This document shows positions 61,988 through 64,000 of a stretch of DNA of 64,000 nt, in pieces. This DNA comes from Balanoglossus misakiensis (taxonomy: Eukaryota > Animalia > Hemichordata), in contig CM082577.2 in assembly GCA_040954595.2 (NCBI GenBank), forward strand, positions 9,015,846 through 9,079,845, given 5' to 3'. The position numbers were made by a program, and so were the translations under genes. The first letter of the stretch is position 1, and each line of letters begins with the position of its first letter. The notes under the pieces are model-generated. The model was not told the origin of the DNA. It saw only the letters and a program-made list of their open reading frames with translations, and ran no database searches.

Positions 61988-64000
61988 TTAATCTTGGAAA
62001 TTGTAATTTCGTATGTGAGGTTGCCGGGGCTGCCTCTTGTATTTGCCTGCAGCCAGGGACGACAGATTTTGTTTCTGTGGTTTCTGTTTGCCGTGCAAGG
62101 TGGGTCTGCTGCCCTCTATGGCAAAGCCATGCGACGAGGTTGTTGGCCGTGGGTCGGGGATGCTTGGCTTTGGTTCAAACATACTTGAACCTGAAAGAAA
62201 AAGAAGACAATATTTGAACATTGCGATGGTTGGTTTAACAAAACAGACTCTGTTAAGGAAAGGTGATGGCATGGTACACATCACAGTTCGAACTATAAGA
62301 TCAATCTATAGGAATCATAGGAAAGAGGCTTTTGTGAGAAAAAAACGCTAGTAAAACAAAGATCAAAATGCATTTAGTGATCAAGTACAATGATCAGAGA
62401 AAATTGATCAAAAAGGCATATTGTAGGAAGAAAAGCCAGGAATTGAAGAATTATACCTCACAGATAAACAGTGGAATTCTTGGTGATAAACATATTCATG
62501 TTGAGACACCTGGCATGTGTATCCAACCCACACAGTGCTTGTGACTGATACGTGTGGTACAATGTAGTGCATGCAATCTACATACCTGTAGCTGTCTGTG
62601 GGAGGTGAGCTGGTGGCGATGGACTCCTCATGAAGGTCGGACTCGGGCCGTCGTCCAGAAGTCTCCACACGTCCTGGATGGAACCCTCGCCGTAGGACGA
62701 CAGACTCATCATGAGAGGGGAGCCGGCCGGGCCTGAGCCGATGGTGCTCAGCGTGGCGTGCAGATCCGCTTGTTGAGCTGTGAAGACAACCATTTTGGCC
62801 ATGATTAATAAAGCAAGACACAGGCATAAGTTAATGGGCGGAATTCACCACCTTTACATGTTGAACTTGAATTTTTTATGACACCCATAGTTGATCTACA
62901 CATACACACAGCTCGTTACAGTTCAATCTTTAGAGGTCCAACCTTTACCATAGAACACAATGGGTTTGGACTGAACCATGGTGGTGAAAGGGTCAGGCAG
63001 ATATTCATTCTCCTGGGGAAGACCACCATGCTAAAAATTTAGCATCTCAGGAAAATCCCATCCAGCAAGATACTAGAGAGCAAGGATGATCTCATTCATT
63101 AATTCTCCATGTTTTTCACTGTAGTCAGCTATAGTACATATTGTGAAACTGGAGCCTATGAGACAGGTTTTATCTCTGACTCTATAGGTGAGGAATTTAT
63201 GATATCTGACTAACCTGAGAGATTTTGCCTTGCCATCTGGTGTCTCTGCATGGTATCGCTGTCTACTCCCTGTTGTCGCGACGGCATCTCCTCCTCCCGT
63301 GCTCCCCAGGCAGACACCTTCTCACCCCCGCCCCTCCCCCTCCTGGGGGACACCACCTCATCGCCATCTCCCCTGGCAGACGCCATCCTGTCCTTGTCTC
63401 TGTGTGCAAACTGCAGTTCCTGAAAAAAACCCAAGTAGATTGACCTTTTTGTGTTATTTGTGTGGGTGTGCATGTGTGTGTATTCCAAGAAGTGGCTGAT
63501 CCTACATTTTGCCCTCGTGTGTTTGAGAGCATGGCAATTGACTCTTACCTTTTTTGTGATTTCGTACTGCAATCTTTCAAGATCACTGAGTTTAGTTTGG
63601 TACTGTTCAGCCAACTGGTTGCCTGTTGCCACGGTTGGCTGCTGTTCTTGAAGAGGCCGCTGTTGTTGCCTTGACGGTGGTGATGAGGGTCTCTTGCCTG
63701 CAGAGGAACAAAAGTGGAAAGTCGTAAGCCAATGGACAAAATGCATCTTGTGAAACAAAGTAGCAAGTAATGGAATGTAAAGCTGTTTCAAGACTATGAT
63801 CTGTCTAACTGGAGGCTTTGATTAACAAGTTACAACATCATTAAATTGCAGCAAATTGCAATGTTCTACATCATTTACGGTTTATGTGGAGATTAACACA
63901 GAAATATAATGTTGTAGAGTCTTCCAGCCGGTGTGAACTGACCTGTGTACTTTGCAAGTTCTGATCTGAGTTTATTTCCGAGTTCGATCAGACGCTGTCG
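61988..64000 (-). CDS. CCDC57: Coiled-coil domain-containing protein 57 (centriolar), last five coding exons; 5' part lies beyond the window
   Basis: Exons 63943->64000 (RQRLIELGNKLRSEL), 63549-63697 (KLSDLERLQYEITKK), 63215-63419 (ELQ..), 62586-62777 (GSIQDVWRLLDDGPSP) and 61988-62190 (..PHIRNYNFQD*). These match remembered human CCDC57 motifs LIEMGNRLRAEL, LQDMWRLLDLGSSP and C-terminal IRNYNIMD. Confidence 0.85.

Noticed and set aside
1-64000. CRISPR arrays, tRNA/rRNA genes, prokaryotic operons, retroelement ORFs
   Set aside because: None were seen by eye, and the locus is a spliced eukaryotic region. Small ncRNAs cannot be excluded without Infernal or tRNAscan-SE.

Overview
This is gene-dense, intron-rich eukaryotic DNA from an invertebrate animal, probably a deuterostome (inference from intron-rich genes whose products read as close vertebrate-like homologues). 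I assembled eleven spliced protein-coding genes by hand from splice sites, frame continuity and recognisable motifs. In order: the 3' end of GRWD1 (+); a short BMP1/tolloid-like astacin with a single CUB domain (-); CIAO3/NARFL (-) head-to-head with CYBC1/EROS (+); an uncharacterised single-CUB type-I membrane protein (+); SCPEP1 (-); PICK1 (-) head-to-head with a 3beta-HSD-family gene (+); NUF2 (+); a receptor tyrosine kinase with an unusual cadherin + unassigned region + EGF + Ig + EGF ectodomain (+); and the 3' end of CCDC57 (-). Introns carry three MITE families, an internally deleted Harbinger-like element, a long palindrome and microsatellites. The most notable items are the mosaic cadherin/Ig/EGF RTK, the truncated tolloid with a hairpin around its UGA stop, the CIAO3-CYBC1 divergent pair that mirrors human NARF-CYBC1 (CCDC57 is also nearby in human), and two GC-AG introns. 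Exon boundaries are manual and gene names come from remembered homologues, not database searches.
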